Source of the DNA: Candidatus Nealsonbacteria bacterium
GTDB taxonomy: Bacteria > Planctomycetota > Planctomycetia > Pirellulales > Thermoguttaceae
NCBI GenBank assembly: GCA_013202865.1
Contig: JABMRB010001404.1
Location: 1 to 55,151 of the forward strand
Reading direction: 5' to 3'
DNA: 55,151 bases
Part shown: positions 37,361-48,446 of the stretch, one piece after another
Numbering within the stretch: the stretch's first letter is position 1
Layout of the letters: every line of letters starts with the position of its first letter
Program-made: the position numbers and the translations under genes
The notes under the pieces: generated by a model
The model's database searches: none
What the model was told of the DNA's origin: nothing
The model's input: only the letters and a program-made list of their open reading frames with translations

Positions 37361-37888
37361 ATGACACACGACACACATGATATTGCGGCTTCGGACGGGC
37401 CCTGTTTGCCGACCGCCTTTCAAGAAGGGCCGATCGAAGGGGTTGTTTGCAGACAGCTCACATCTTACGAGGACGGCCGCGGGTGGCTGGTAGAACTCTA
37501 TCGAGAAGACGAGCTCGAGCCAGGCGACAATCCCATGATGGCCTACGTCAGTCAAACACTTCCGGGCGTGACTCGTGGACCTCATGAGCATCGCGAGCAG
37601 TCCGACTATTTCGCCCTCATCGGACCCGGCGACTTCAAGCTGTATTTGTGGGACAACCGTCCCGACTCCCCGACGTGTGGTCACAAGCAAACGCTGGTTG
37701 CGGGCGAGTCGAACTTGCAAGCCGTTCAGATACCACCGGGCGTCGTCCACGCCTACAAGTGCATCAGCGACGCCCCGGGCGTGGTCCTCAACTTCCCAAA
37801 CCGACTCTACGCCGGCCGGGGTAAGCGGGAGCCCGTCGACGAAATCCGCCATGAAGACGACCAAGACAGCCCCTTTGTGATGAACTAA
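37361..37888 (+). CDS. dTDP-4-dehydrorhamnose 3,5-epimerase family (RmlC-like cupin)
   Basis: [32 protein letters not shown]...[11 protein letters not shown] parallels the RmlC pattern R..SPT.G...IP.G..H. The exact reaction cannot be assigned. Confidence 0.68.
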   Translation: MTHDTHDIAASDGPCLPTAFQEGPIEGVVCRQLTSYEDGRGWLVELYREDELEPGDNPMMAYVSQTLPGVTRGPHEHREQSDYFALIGPGDFKLYLWDNRPDSPTCGHKQTLVAGESNLQAVQIPPGVVHAYKCISDAPGVVLNFPNRLYAGRGKREPVDEIRHEDDQDSPFVMN

Positions 37889-37908
37889 CGGATCGGATTG
37901 TTGTGGAC

Positions 37909-38973
37909 ATGCGAACGATCATAGTAACTGGCGGTGCCGGCTTCATCGGCGCCAACTTCGTCCGGCAGTGGATCGGCGAAGAGCGAACCCGCGTGGTCAA
38001 CCTCGATAAGTTGACGTACGCCGGGAACCTCGACTCGTTGGCCGAGGTGATGGAGCATCCGCTCCACGTGTTCGTCGAGGGCGATATATGTGACGGTTCA
38101 CTGGTGAGCGGGCTATTGGAGAAGCATCGGCCACAGGCAGTGGTCAACTTCGCGGCGGAGTCGCACGTAGACCGCTCCATCGACGGGCCGGCTGCGTTTG
38201 TGGAGACAAACGTCGTGGGCACTTTCCGGATGCTGGAGGCGGCGAGACGACATTGGGAAGGCCTGCCCGATTCCGAGCAATCCGAATTCCGGTTCCTGCA
38301 AGTTTCGACCGATGAGGTCTACGGCTCATTGGGACCCGAAGGTTTGTTCACCGAAACCACTCCCTACGCGCCAAGTTCCCCCTATTCCGCATCCAAGGCG
38401 GCCGCCGATCATTTCGCCCGAGCCTACCACCACACCTACGGGCTGCCGGTGCTGACAACCAACTGCTCAAACAACTACGGACCATATCAGTTCCCCGAAA
38501 AGCTGATTCCGCTGATCACGCTGAACGCTCTGGAAGGAAAACCGCTGCCTGTCTATGGCGACGGACAGCAAATTCGCGACTGGCTCTACGTCGAGGACCA
38601 TTGCCGGGCAATTCGGACCGTGTTGAATCGAGGCACACCCGGCGAAGTGTACAACATCGGCGGCGATTGCGAGCAAGCCAATTTGGACGTCGTCAAAACA
38701 ATCTGTGCTATCGTCGATCAACTGCGGCCCGACTTGCCGCACGGGCCGTGCTCCTCGTTGATCACCTACGTTACCGACCGGCCGGGACACGACCGCCGAT
38801 ACGCGATCGATGCGAGCAAGATCGCCAGTGAATTGGGATGGAAACCACAAGAGAGCTTCCAGTCCGGACTCGAACGAACGGTCCGGTGGTTTCTCGACAA
38901 TCCGGCCTGGGTCGAACGAATCACGTCGGGAAAGTACCAGCGCGAGCGGCTGGGCCTCAACGCAACCAGTTGA
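37909..38973 (+). CDS. rfbB: dTDP-glucose 4,6-dehydratase
   Basis: [53 protein letters not shown]. Confidence 0.93.
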   Translation: MRTIIVTGGAGFIGANFVRQWIGEERTRVVNLDKLTYAGNLDSLAEVMEHPLHVFVEGDICDGSLVSGLLEKHRPQAVVNFAAESHVDRSIDGPAAFVETNVVGTFRMLEAARRHWEGLPDSEQSEFRFLQVSTDEVYGSLGPEGLFTETTPYAPSSPYSASKAAADHFARAYHHTYGLPVLTTNCSNNYGPYQFPEKLIPLITLNALEGKPLPVYGDGQQIRDWLYVEDHCRAIRTVLNRGTPGEVYNIGGDCEQANLDVVKTICAIVDQLRPDLPHGPCSSLITYVTDRPGHDRRYAIDASKIASELGWKPQESFQSGLERTVRWFLDNPAWVERITSGKYQRERLGLNATS

Positions 38974-38989
38974 CTTCCAAGAGCAGACA

Positions 38990-39892
38990 ATGAATACGAC
39001 TCCACATTGCAGTAAAGGCATCATCTTGGCCGGCGGGTCCGGTACCAGGCTTCACCCCATCACCATGGCGGTAAGCAAACAACTGCTGCCTGTCTACGAC
39101 AAGCCGATGATCTACTATCCGCTGTCCACGCTCATGCTGGCCGGGATCCGCGACGTCCTGCTGATCTCCACGCCGGAGGACATCGGGGGGTTTGAACGAC
39201 TCCTGGGCGACGGCAGCCAAATCGGCATTTCCATCCGGTACGCCGTGCAGCCGAAGCCCGAAGGCCTGGCCCAGGCTTTCATCATCGGGCGCGAGTTTGT
39301 CGGCGGGGATCACGTGGCCTTGGTGTTGGGCGACAATATCTTCTACGGCCAGGGTTTTCAGGTAATGCTCCAACGGGCAGCCAGCCAACGCTCGGGTGCT
39401 ACCGTGTTTGGCTACGTGGTCAAGCACCCGCAGTCGTACGGCGTGGTCGAGATCGATGCTCAGGGAAACGCGATCGCAATTGAAGAGAAGCCGGCCCAAC
39501 CAAAATCGAATTATGCCGTTACGGGCCTCTATTTCTACGATGATCAGGTGGTCGACATCGCCGCCAACCTTCAGCCGTCTGCTCGCGGGGAACTGGAGAT
39601 CACCGACCTGAACCGCGTGTATCTCGAGCGGGGCCAGTTGCGGGTGGACGTCTTCAGCCGCGGCTTCGCGTGGCTCGACACGGGCACCCACGAGTCACTC
39701 TTGCAGGCGGCCACTTTTGTGGAAACGCTCGAACAGCGACAAGGCCTCAAAATCGCCTGCATCGAGGAAATCGCCTTGTACAAGGGATTCATCACGCTCG
39801 AACAATTCGAACAATTGGCCCGGTCCTGCAAAAGCAGCTACGGCCAGTATCTGCTCGACTTGCTCGCAAGGCCGGACGGCTTGGGGCGATAA
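38990..39892 (+). CDS. rfbA: glucose-1-phosphate thymidylyltransferase
   Basis: [63 protein letters not shown]. Confidence 0.93.
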   Translation: MNTTPHCSKGIILAGGSGTRLHPITMAVSKQLLPVYDKPMIYYPLSTLMLAGIRDVLLISTPEDIGGFERLLGDGSQIGISIRYAVQPKPEGLAQAFIIGREFVGGDHVALVLGDNIFYGQGFQVMLQRAASQRSGATVFGYVVKHPQSYGVVEIDAQGNAIAIEEKPAQPKSNYAVTGLYFYDDQVVDIAANLQPSARGELEITDLNRVYLERGQLRVDVFSRGFAWLDTGTHESLLQAATFVETLEQRQGLKIACIEEIALYKGFITLEQFEQLARSCKSSYGQYLLDLLARPDGLGR

Positions 39893-39926
39893 GTTGGCCG
39901 CCAAACTCTGATCAAGGGATATTGTG

Positions 39927-40568
39927 ATGACAGCTACTCCAGAATACTGGCATTCCGAAAAGACACCGTGGGACTTCCCACTCTTGAGAACCTGTGTTGA
40001 TTCGCTAACGCAGCATATGCACCCCGGAATGCGAGTCTTGGATGTCGGCTGCGGTAATGGCTTCTGGGCTAACCGATTCTCGAAACAAGGATGCGAGGTT
40101 GTTGGGATTGATCCGTCTCGGAAAGGTGTTAAAAAGGCAAGGCTGGCATATCCGGCCATTCGATTTGAACAGTTAGAAGCTGGCCCAGACGTGCTATCAG
40201 AGCTGGCTGAAGATCCGTTCGACTTGGTAGTTAGTTTCGAGGTGATCGAGCACTGCTATGGGCCAATGACATGGGCTTCGGGTTGCTTCAACGCACTGAA
40301 GGCTCCAGGTACATTTATCTGTTCCACTCCGTATCACGGATACTTGAAGAACTTGGCGATATCCATCGTCAACAAATGGGACTGGCACTGGTTCCCTATT
40401 CGGGAAGGCGGGCATATCAAGTTCTGGAGCCGAGCAACGCTTGGTCGACTACTTGCCGAGACTGGATTTGACCGTGGCCACATCCAATTCAGGGGAGCCG
40501 GCCGATTGCCATTCCTTTGGAAGACAATGGTCGTGAAGGCAGTGAAGCAAGAGCACTCCACAATGTGA
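39927..40568 (+). CDS. class I SAM-dependent methyltransferase
   Basis: RVLDVGCGNGFWANRFSKQGCEVVGIDPS. Confidence 0.82.
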   Translation: MTATPEYWHSEKTPWDFPLLRTCVDSLTQHMHPGMRVLDVGCGNGFWANRFSKQGCEVVGIDPSRKGVKKARLAYPAIRFEQLEAGPDVLSELAEDPFDLVVSFEVIEHCYGPMTWASGCFNALKAPGTFICSTPYHGYLKNLAISIVNKWDWHWFPIREGGHIKFWSRATLGRLLAETGFDRGHIQFRGAGRLPFLWKTMVVKAVKQEHSTM

Positions 40569-40635
40569 GGTGGAGTGTCCAATTTCAGTAGCCGAAGTAT
40601 TAGAACACGCCAAGAACCTTTTTGAGTACACAACC

Positions 40636-42804
40636 GTGAGACAACTCGTTCAAAACCTTCGATCCGGCAACCTGACCGTTGAAAACGTACCGGCTCCCCT
40701 GCTGAGAGACCAGGGAATCCTCGTGCAAACTCGCGCCTCGCTGGTCTCCGCAGGAACCGAGCGGATGATGCTGGAGTTGGCGAAGAAGAGCCTGATCGGC
40801 AAAGCGAAGGAACGCCCCGATCTCGTCCGAAAAGTGCTCGATAAACTGCGCCGCGACGGGTTCCTAGCAACCTTCAAGACCGTCCGCGACAAGCTGGACA
40901 GTGACGTGCCCATGGGCTATAGCGCCTGCGGGAAGGTCACTGAGGTCGGCGCCCGGGCTCGCGAGTTCGAGGTGGGACAGTACGTCGCTTGTGCCGGCGC
41001 AGGCTACGCCAATCACGCCGAAGTGAACTACGTGCCCCGGCTGCTCGCCGTGCCCGTGCCGGAGGGCGTCACTCCCGAAGCCGCCGCCTATTCCACGGTC
41101 GGCACGATCGCCCTGCAAGGGGTCCGCAATGCGGACGTGCGAGTGGGTGAAACGGTAGTCGTGCTCGGACTGGGGCTGATCGGACAACTCACCGTGCAAC
41201 TGCTGAAGGCCTCCGGCTGCCGAGTCGTGGGACTGGATCTTGCCAAAGCTCGCGTGGAACTGGCGGCAGAAAACGGGGCCGACCTTGCCTTGGTGCTGGA
41301 TGGAGATCGTACCGACAAGGCAGTGATCGGATTCACTCGCGGCCGCGGCGCCGACGCGATCTTGATTACCGCGGCCACCGCCAGCAACGCACCGGTCGAA
41401 CAGGCCGCCGAATTGGCGCGTGACCGGGCCCGCGTGGTGATGGTCGGTGTGACGGGAATGCACATCCCCCGGACTCCCTATTTCAAGAAGGAACTGACGT
41501 TCATCGTGTCGCGTTCCTACGGCCCCGGGCGATACGACCCGCAGTACGAAGAACACGGCCACGACTATCCGGCCGGGTACGTCCGCTGGACCGAGAACCG
41601 TAACATTGAGGCCTTCCTGGACCTGGTGGCCGCCGGAAGCGTGCGACCGGAAGTATGCACCACGCATCGTTTCCCCGTCGGCGACGCGGAAGACGCGTTC
41701 GACCTGATCCTCACGAATAGCCAGCCGCACCTTGGCGTGGTCTTGACGTACCCCGAGGAGTCAGCGGAGAACGTCGCGGGGCAGTCGCAGAGGATTTCAT
41801 TGGTCTCCTCCAACGGAAAGAAGCCGACAGACAAGGTCGGCGTGTCGGTAGTGGGCGCCGGCGGGTTTGCACGATCGGTCCACCTGCCGACTCTTGCCAA
41901 GCTTCCGAACGTCTCCTTGCGAGGGATCGTTGATGCGTCTGGAATTGCCGCCAGCAGCGCCGGCAAGAAATTCGGCTTCGCATACTGTGCCTCGGACGAC
42001 GGCCAGGTCTTCGACGATAACCAGACCGACGCCGTGATCCTGATGACGCCCCATTCGCAGCACGCCGACGGCATCTGCCGCGCCTTGAAGGCCGGGAAGG
42101 CAGTGTTCGTCGAGAAGCCGCTGGCGATCAACCTCGAACAGGTCGATCAGATCCGCAAGACACTCGAGTCGCATCCGAATCGCCTGATGGTCGGATTCAA
42201 TCGACGGTTTTCTCCACTGGCAAAGCAACTGAAGGAGTTCATCGGTGGGCGAGGTCCGCTAACGGTCTCGTATCGTTGCAACGCGGGGCCGTTACCGACG
42301 GACCACTGGATCTCGGACCCCGCAGAGGGCGGCCGGATCATCGGCGAAGCCTGCCACTTCTTCGATTTCTTCGCCTACCTGACGGACGCGACTCCCCAAA
42401 CCGTCTCCGCGGCCGCTCCGTCTACCGGGTCGCCCGACGACGCAGTGGTCACGGTAACATACGACGACGGCTCGGTCTGCCAACTCACCTACACCACCGT
42501 AGGCCCCGCCTCCTTCAGCAAAGAACGCATCGAAGCCTTCGCCGGCGGTTGTGTGGGCGTCCTGGAAGATTTCCGCAGGCTTGAACTCCACGGCGGAGGC
42601 AAACGGGCCAGACGGCGGAAGACGCTACAAGCGGACAAAGGGCACGCCGCTGAGCTGGAGGCCTTTCTTGATGCCGTACAGGAGGGTCAAGAATCGCCAA
42701 TCCAAATCACCTCCCTCCTTGCAACAACCCTTACGAGCCTTGCCGCCTTGGAAAGCATGCGCTGTCAACGGTCTGTCGATTTGCCGGAACTCGGAGGACA
42801 GTAG
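40636..42804 (+). CDS. bi-domain oxidoreductase (MDR/Zn-ADH-like N-domain + Gfo/Idh/MocA C-domain)
   Basis: The N-half has the Rossmann motif GLGLIGQL. The C-half has VGVSVVGAGGFARSVHLP and VFVEKPLA. Start is uncertain: GTG 40636 gives MRQLVQNLRSG, typical of this family, and the ORF opens at 40570. Confidence 0.8.
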   Translation: MRQLVQNLRSGNLTVENVPAPLLRDQGILVQTRASLVSAGTERMMLELAKKSLIGKAKERPDLVRKVLDKLRRDGFLATFKTVRDKLDSDVPMGYSACGKVTEVGARAREFEVGQYVACAGAGYANHAEVNYVPRLLAVPVPEGVTPEAAAYSTVGTIALQGVRNADVRVGETVVVLGLGLIGQLTVQLLKASGCRVVGLDLAKARVELAAENGADLALVLDGDRTDKAVIGFTRGRGADAILITAATASNAPVEQAAELARDRARVVMVGVTGMHIPRTPYFKKELTFIVSRSYGPGRYDPQYEEHGHDYPAGYVRWTENRNIEAFLDLVAAGSVRPEVCTTHRFPVGDAEDAFDLILTNSQPHLGVVLTYPEESAENVAGQSQRISLVSSNGKKPTDKVGVSVVGAGGFARSVHLPTLAKLPNVSLRGIVDASGIAASSAGKKFGFAYCASDDGQVFDDNQTDAVILMTPHSQHADGICRALKAGKAVFVEKPLAINLEQVDQIRKTLESHPNRLMVGFNRRFSPLAKQLKEFIGGRGPLTVSYRCNAGPLPTDHWISDPAEGGRIIGEACHFFDFFAYLTDATPQTVSAAAPSTGSPDDAVVTVTYDDGSVCQLTYTTVGPASFSKERIEAFAGGCVGVLEDFRRLELHGGGKRARRRKTLQADKGHAAELEAFLDAVQEGQESPIQITSLLATTLTSLAALESMRCQRSVDLPELGGQ

Positions 42805-42957
42805 GCCGACGACCACGAATAGCCATTGGAACAGCCCTGAGAGAAAGAGGGAAGAGAGTTCGTTTGCCCCTTCGCGCTCATGGTGTGTTGTTAAGGCTGA
42901 TGACTCTCCAAGTACGATCATCAGCCAACCCGTCTCCCACAACTTGATGCGTCTACA

Positions 42958-43776
42958 ATGAGAATCGAAACGTCCGAAATAGACAAGAAGGGATTCCTAG
43001 CGACCCCCTCGCATTCTTCCAATCGTCGCTCTATTTGCAAAGCTGAGGGCCCTGAGCGCACCGTGGTATTGCTTCAGTCCTCCTACATTCCTTGGAGAGG
43101 CTACTTCCATCTAGTCAACAAGGCGGACATCTTCGTCTTCCACGATGACTTGCAGTACACGCACTCGGATTGGAGGAATCGCAACAAAATCAAGACAGCT
43201 AGCGGCTGGAGCTGGCTCACGATTCCCGCGGGGAGGAACGAGAAACGCCTGATTAGCGAGGTCGAAGTAGATGATCTGTCGTGGAAGGGAAAACACCGCC
43301 GGGCAATTGAGCAGAACTACTGCAAAGCTCCACACTTCGAGGGATACGCACATGTCTTGGATTACCTCTACGCGAATGACATCACGAATCTCGCGATGTT
43401 CAACCAGCGCGCTATCCGATTCATCGCAACATTGCTCGGCATATCGACAACGTTCCTCGACTCCCGAACGCTCAATGCCAAGGGACAGAAGACCGACCGA
43501 ATTGTTGACATTATGCTGAAGTTGGGCGCCACCAAGTACCTGTCCGGGCCGTCCGCTAGGTCGTACATTGAGCCAGGACAATTCGAGGCTGCCGGAATTC
43601 AACTTGAATACATCACTTATCGCTATCCAGAGTATTCCCAACTGTATCCCCCCTATTGTCCGCAGATGTCAATCCTCGATCTGCTGTTCATGACCGGGCC
43701 CGAGGCCCCAGCATACATCTGGGGTACGGAAGCCACGACACCTCCCCCTAACACTGAGTCCAGCCGCTCTTTGTAG
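42958..43776 (+). CDS. WbqC-family protein (second copy)
   Basis: VVLLQSSYIPWRGYFHLV...FHDDLQYTHSDWRNRNKI...WLTIP. The true start may be GTG 43063. Confidence 0.78.
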   Translation: MRIETSEIDKKGFLATPSHSSNRRSICKAEGPERTVVLLQSSYIPWRGYFHLVNKADIFVFHDDLQYTHSDWRNRNKIKTASGWSWLTIPAGRNEKRLISEVEVDDLSWKGKHRRAIEQNYCKAPHFEGYAHVLDYLYANDITNLAMFNQRAIRFIATLLGISTTFLDSRTLNAKGQKTDRIVDIMLKLGATKYLSGPSARSYIEPGQFEAAGIQLEYITYRYPEYSQLYPPYCPQMSILDLLFMTGPEAPAYIWGTEATTPPPNTESSRSL

Positions 43777-43809
43777 TCGCCGAATCTAACGGGAAAGAAC
43801 ACCGCTACC

Positions 43810-45039
43810 ATGACAACAATCCCCTTTAACACACCATTCATCGCAGGCAAGGAGCTCTACTACATCGCCCAGGCGGTGACGTTGGGCAACATTGGCGGCG
43901 ATGGTCAGTTCACCCGTAAGTGTTCGCGACTCCTTGAGGAACGGTTCAACATTCGCAAAGTGTTGCTAACACCGTCTTGCACGGCAGCTCTGGAAATGGC
44001 GGCGATGCTATGTGGTCTGGGCCCAGAAGACGAGGTGATCGTCCCTTCGTTCACGTTTGTTTCAACGGTCAACGCGTTCGTGCGAGTAGGGGCGAAGCCT
44101 GTGTTTGTTGACATTCGGCCCGACACGCTGAACATCGACGACAGCCTGATCGAAGAAGCCATTACTCCAAACACCAAGGCCATTTGGCCGGTCCACTACG
44201 CCGGAGTGGGATGCGAGATGGATCGCATCATGACCATTGCAGAGAAGCATGGCCTTCTAGTCGTGGAAGATGCGGCTCAGGGAGTCAACGCCTTCCACGA
44301 TAGTCGCGCGCTCGGCTCCATCGGCCATCTGGGCGCCTACAGCTTCCACGAGACGAAGAACTACATCTGCGGAGAGGGAGGCGCGTTGTGCATTAACCGT
44401 CCGGAATTCGTCGAGCGTGCCGAGATCATCCGCGACAAAGGCACTAATCGCCAAAAGTTCCTCCGCGGTGAGGTAGACAAGTACACGTGGGTAGACCTAG
44501 GCTCCTCCTATGTTCCCAGCGAGATCTGCAGTGCGTACCTGTACGCACAGCTTGAGATGGTTGACACTATCGCCGAGCGCCGCCGCCAGATCCATGAATT
44601 CTATCGGCAGCGTCTGGAGCCGCTTGAGGCGAAAGAAATGCTCCGACTACCCCACATCCCCGAGGACTGCCGGGGCGGCCATCACATGTTCTATGTCCTC
44701 CTGCCAGACGTAGCGACCCGCGATGGCCTGCTTGCCTATCTCAGGTCCCGTGGCGTTCATGCCGTCTTCCACTACGTGCCGCTTCACAGTTCCCCCATGG
44801 GGAAGAAATATGGTTACCGAGACGGTGACCTTCCCGTCACAGAGGAACTCAGTGGCCGGCTTCTGCGGTTGCCATTCTATCACAGCATCACCGAACAGGA
44901 ACAGATGCAGGTGGTCCAAGCAGTGGGCGAGTGTCTTCAGAGAAAGAACGCACAACGGGTGCAGCGCCAGCTTGCTGGTGATGTGCCGCGCTGCTTGGTC
45001 AATGTGCCTGGTGCCGCCTGCCCCGAGCATGATAGGTAG
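43810..45039 (+). CDS. wecE: dTDP-4-amino-4,6-dideoxyhexose (WecE/RffA-type) aminotransferase
   Basis: IPFNTPFIAGKELYYIAQAV, LTPSCTAALEMAA, VIVPSFTFVSTVNAF, AYSFHETKNYICGEGGAL, DKGTNR..F..GEVDKYTW. Confidence 0.85.
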   Translation: MTTIPFNTPFIAGKELYYIAQAVTLGNIGGDGQFTRKCSRLLEERFNIRKVLLTPSCTAALEMAAMLCGLGPEDEVIVPSFTFVSTVNAFVRVGAKPVFVDIRPDTLNIDDSLIEEAITPNTKAIWPVHYAGVGCEMDRIMTIAEKHGLLVVEDAAQGVNAFHDSRALGSIGHLGAYSFHETKNYICGEGGALCINRPEFVERAEIIRDKGTNRQKFLRGEVDKYTWVDLGSSYVPSEICSAYLYAQLEMVDTIAERRRQIHEFYRQRLEPLEAKEMLRLPHIPEDCRGGHHMFYVLLPDVATRDGLLAYLRSRGVHAVFHYVPLHSSPMGKKYGYRDGDLPVTEELSGRLLRLPFYHSITEQEQMQVVQAVGECLQRKNAQRVQRQLAGDVPRCLVNVPGAACPEHDR

Positions 45040-45087
45040 ATCGAATACTCGGTTTGTTAAGATTGGGATATCCAAGGAGTTACTACC

Positions 45088-46116
45088 GTGGCAAATCAAT
45101 CTGTACCCGTCCGACAACGCGACGTTCCGGAGAAGAGAACGGAAGTCGACCTTTCTGGCGATCAACAAATGGTGGATGCGTCTAGGCAACGCGTGACGGT
45201 TAGTGTGGTCATTCCGGTCTATCAATCGGAGCAAACGTTGCTGCCCCTGGTTACGCGGCTGCGCGACGTATTCGCCGAGATGGGTGTTGGCTACGAGATC
45301 GTGCTGGTGGACGATGCCAGCGCCGACGATTCATGGAAGGTCATGCAGCGGTTGAGATCCGAATACTCTGGAGTGAAGATCATTCAACACATGCGTAATT
45401 TCGGGCAGCACAAAGCCATTCTCTGCGGCTTGCGGCATTCGACCGGCGAGTTCGTGATTGGCATGGACGACGACCTGCAGCATCCGCCGGAAGAAATTCC
45501 GAAGCTGCTTGAAGCTCTTGAGGGAGACGAAGAGACGGACGTCGTTGTCGGGGCCTACGAGACAAAACGGCACTCCTGGCTCCGGAACTTGGGAAGTTGG
45601 GCGGTCAATCGGATCACTTCCCGTGTGTTTGGCATAGATCCGAACCTGAAGATGACCAGTTTCTACATCCTGCGGCGCAGTGTGGTCAAGGAAATGGCGA
45701 ATGCGACCTGCAACAACCCACGCATCAGCCAGCTTCTGCTCTTGACAACGAACCGCATCAAGAATGTGCGAGTGGCACATCACGCGCGACAGAACGGCCT
45801 GTCGGGTTATTCGTTTTCGAGACTAGTCACCGACGCGCTAGACAATATCCTCAGCAACTCGTCCCTCCCGCTACAACTGGTGAGCTACTTGGGATTCGGC
45901 TGCTCACTCATGAGCTTCGTGGTGTCCATCTGCTACCTATGCAAATATCTATTCGGCACCATTACGGTGCCAGGCTGGACTACCATCATACTACTTCTTC
46001 TGTTCTTCTTCGGCATTGTTTTGTTCTCGCTGGGTGTTGTGGGGGAGTACCTGATAAGAATCTTGAGGCAAGTGCAGCAGCCATCGCGATGCACCATCAG
46101 GCAGAAAGAGGTCTGA
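45088..46116 (+). CDS. ArnC/GtrB-like GT2 polyprenyl-phosphate glycosyltransferase
   Basis: VSVVIPVYQSEQTL, VLVDDASADDS, RNFGQHKAILCGL, GMDDDLQHPPEEI, and two C-terminal TM helices. AAGGAG lies before GTG 45088. Confidence 0.8.
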   Translation: MANQSVPVRQRDVPEKRTEVDLSGDQQMVDASRQRVTVSVVIPVYQSEQTLLPLVTRLRDVFAEMGVGYEIVLVDDASADDSWKVMQRLRSEYSGVKIIQHMRNFGQHKAILCGLRHSTGEFVIGMDDDLQHPPEEIPKLLEALEGDEETDVVVGAYETKRHSWLRNLGSWAVNRITSRVFGIDPNLKMTSFYILRRSVVKEMANATCNNPRISQLLLLTTNRIKNVRVAHHARQNGLSGYSFSRLVTDALDNILSNSSLPLQLVSYLGFGCSLMSFVVSICYLCKYLFGTITVPGWTTIILLLLFFFGIVLFSLGVVGEYLIRILRQVQQPSRCTIRQKEV

Positions 46117-46139
46117 CGAGCTGGCCTGAGCCCACCCGT

Positions 46140-46421
46140 ACGTGCGAGTTAGTGCATGCACTGCCCGATCGACGATCACCTCCTTGCCGAACCACGGATG
46201 CCATGGATAAACCACCTCTGCCTTGGTGCCATGGGTCTTCTGTTGTCGAGTTGTACAATGATCGCCGACCTCATTGGGCATTGATCCCAGAAGAAGGCGG
46301 CGATCCACTGGTCCCGAAGGAAGTGTACACGAGCGCCCGCTCGATCCAGATTCCGAAATGGCAAGGCTGGGCGAAGGGCGCCAAGGAGAAACTCGACCGA
46401 ATGATGTCCGAAGCGGCGTGA
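46140..46421 (+). mobile_element. relic of an IS transposase (C-terminal end of an rve/integrase-core domain)
   Basis: ...VVELYNDRRPHWALIPEEGGDPLVPKEVY matches the Y-N-x-x-R-P-H-x-A-L tail of IS3/IS481-type transposases. No upstream catalytic domain is present, and no terminal repeats were identified. Confidence 0.5.
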
Positions 46422-46674
46422 GCAGGGCCCCAACTCGGGCTCACCAGCAGCAGGGCCGCCCTTGCCTTGTCTTCGCCGTCGCCGACGTCCTCAGGGCGGG
46501 GCGAAGGACGTACGGCGGCGGCTGGGCTCACCGAGATCCTATTTCAGACACGAAACACCCCCTGAAGAACTCTCACACAAAATCGACCAGAAAAATTCCC
46601 CTTAAACTGCGAGTTAAGACACGCCGTCAACCGTGCTGTTCTCTGAAAGACCCTTCTCTGCGAGCGAAAAGAGA

Positions 46675-48201
46675 ATGATTCCTTCCTCGTTAGCCCGAAG
46701 AGTCGCGCTGCTACTGGTGCTAGCGGGTGCCACGTGTGGCCTGACTCGCTGTAAAACTACGTGGTTCGATGAGACAGCTTATGCGTCGTCCGCGGTCAAC
46801 TGGTGTGTGAACGGGAACACCGGGCCTTCAATCTATCCCGGCTTGGATGGGGCGGACGTTAGCATTTACCCGGCTCATGCAATCACGCTGGGAATGTTCT
46901 ACAACGTCTTCGGAATCGGCTTGCTGCAAACCCGGGCCTTCGGTCTGATATGCTATGTTGGGGTTCTTTGCACATTCTATCTCCTTGTCCGACAACTGGG
47001 TTGTAGAGCCGTTGTTGCACAAATGGCTCTGCTGCTCGTCGCCACTGATCGATCTTTAGTGTGGCAAGTACGAACTGGGCGACCTGATATCTTTGCAATT
47101 CTGCTGATATGTGCTAGTTCTTACGCGTTGGTGTATAGCGTACAGAAGTCGAACGGACATCTGGCCCGTCTTGCCGCGAGCCTTGGCGGCGCCTTTGCGC
47201 TTCTGGCACCTTTGGCGCACCCTTACACGGTACCGGCTGTACTGATTATTTGCCTAAGTTTCTTTGTTGCTTTGTGGCGGGGGAAGCTGTTCGGGCTCTT
47301 GCTAGTTCCTCTTCTGCTTGGGTGCCTGCTGCCTGCAATTCCATATCTCGGCTACCTATATTACCACCGAGAAGTAATCGTTCTGCTTTTCTTCCGTTCG
47401 TCCCAATTTCTCAACGAGGTGAACACCCAAACGCCCGGCCTTGGCGATCTTCTAAGGCAGGAGATTACCCAACGCTGGGTACCCGCGATCGCCGTCGAAC
47501 CCTTTCGACTTGTGCTAGCTCTGTGTGGCGTTGCGATTCTGTGGAAAAGGAATCGCTGTATCCTTGGCATCGTCTCAGTATGGATTGTAACGTACTTTCT
47601 GATTTGCTGGCTGAAGGTTCCGAAGGACACGCATTACCAAGTTTTGCAAATCACGATCCCGATGGGTGTCCTCGTGGCGATGACGATGGAGGCTGCGGGA
47701 ATTGCACTTGGCAAACGCGAGGCTGTCAGCACGTCCACTCTCGCAAGGACTGTGGCGATAATGTGGTGGTGTTCGTTTGCGGTCGGCATTGGACTATTGA
47801 TGCTGTATCCCTTGACTGCCATAATGCAGTGGCAGGAGCGTTCTCACAACAATCTGGTCTTGGAAATATCCAATTGCATTCCGCGGCACTCGATCGTGGC
47901 AGTGGATCCAAGTGCCTATTTTGCTTGCTTGGAAAACGACTGCAGGACCTGCTATTGGCGTCTCAAGGATCGTGGGTCCTGGGGAGATGAAGATATGCAG
48001 AAAACCTATCAGCGCGGCCTTCTGGATCGAGGGGTAGAATACCTCGTCCTGAATCACACATCATCACGATCTACTTCTCTCTCGAACCAGACTTGCCGAA
48101 TAGAATTCCTCGATACAATTGGGATGCCGAAAGCGAATCTTCCATTTGCGAAAGATCCTCCCTACCATTTCGATGTGTATCGCGTTGTAAGAGCCAAGTG
48201 A
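46675..48201 (+). CDS. GT-C fold glycosyltransferase (ArnT/PMT-like)
   Basis: Many TM helices. The first loop has TWFDETAYASSA (a DE motif as in ArnT/PMT enzymes), and RTGRPDIFAILL is also present. About 100-aa soluble C-terminal domain. Confidence 0.58.
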   Translation: MIPSSLARRVALLLVLAGATCGLTRCKTTWFDETAYASSAVNWCVNGNTGPSIYPGLDGADVSIYPAHAITLGMFYNVFGIGLLQTRAFGLICYVGVLCTFYLLVRQLGCRAVVAQMALLLVATDRSLVWQVRTGRPDIFAILLICASSYALVYSVQKSNGHLARLAASLGGAFALLAPLAHPYTVPAVLIICLSFFVALWRGKLFGLLLVPLLLGCLLPAIPYLGYLYYHREVIVLLFFRSSQFLNEVNTQTPGLGDLLRQEITQRWVPAIAVEPFRLVLALCGVAILWKRNRCILGIVSVWIVTYFLICWLKVPKDTHYQVLQITIPMGVLVAMTMEAAGIALGKREAVSTSTLARTVAIMWWCSFAVGIGLLMLYPLTAIMQWQERSHNNLVLEISNCIPRHSIVAVDPSAYFACLENDCRTCYWRLKDRGSWGDEDMQKTYQRGLLDRGVEYLVLNHTSSRSTSLSNQTCRIEFLDTIGMPKANLPFAKDPPYHFDVYRVVRAK

Positions 48202-48221
48202 GGTGCCCGGCGGTTAGCAAG

Positions 48222-48242
48222 AACCTCAGAGACCCTGAGGTT
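48222..48242 (+). terminator. stem-loop 20 nt after the GT-C stop (no U-tract)
   Basis: AACCTCAG-AGACC-CTGAGGTT, a perfect 8-bp stem. It is followed by GCAACG rather than a T-run, so terminator function is doubtful. Confidence 0.2.
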
Positions 48243-48446
48243 GCAACGAAAGTGTGAGTACGCAGGAGTGCTTCTTGCAGTTCGCTCAATGAGGATACTA
48301 TTCCTAAGCCATTACCTCCCTCCGGGAGTCCGCCAGCCCTAGGCCATCGCAATATATGCTTATCCGAGACGCACCGACACACGATGCTGAATGCTGCGAG
48401 AACCCACGCGATGAGTGAAATCACAATGGATAGGAATTAGCCACCG

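Noticed and set aside
45597-46139. Upstream part of the 274-aa ORF at 45597-46421
   Set aside because: It is an out-of-frame read of the ArnC-like gene. Only the last ~70-90 residues (46140-46421) show transposase-tail similarity.
47250-47990. 246-aa alternative-frame ORF within the GT-C gene
   Set aside because: It overlaps a multi-TM protein frame that shows consistent hydrophobic periodicity. The alternative translation is Cys/Arg/Ser-rich.
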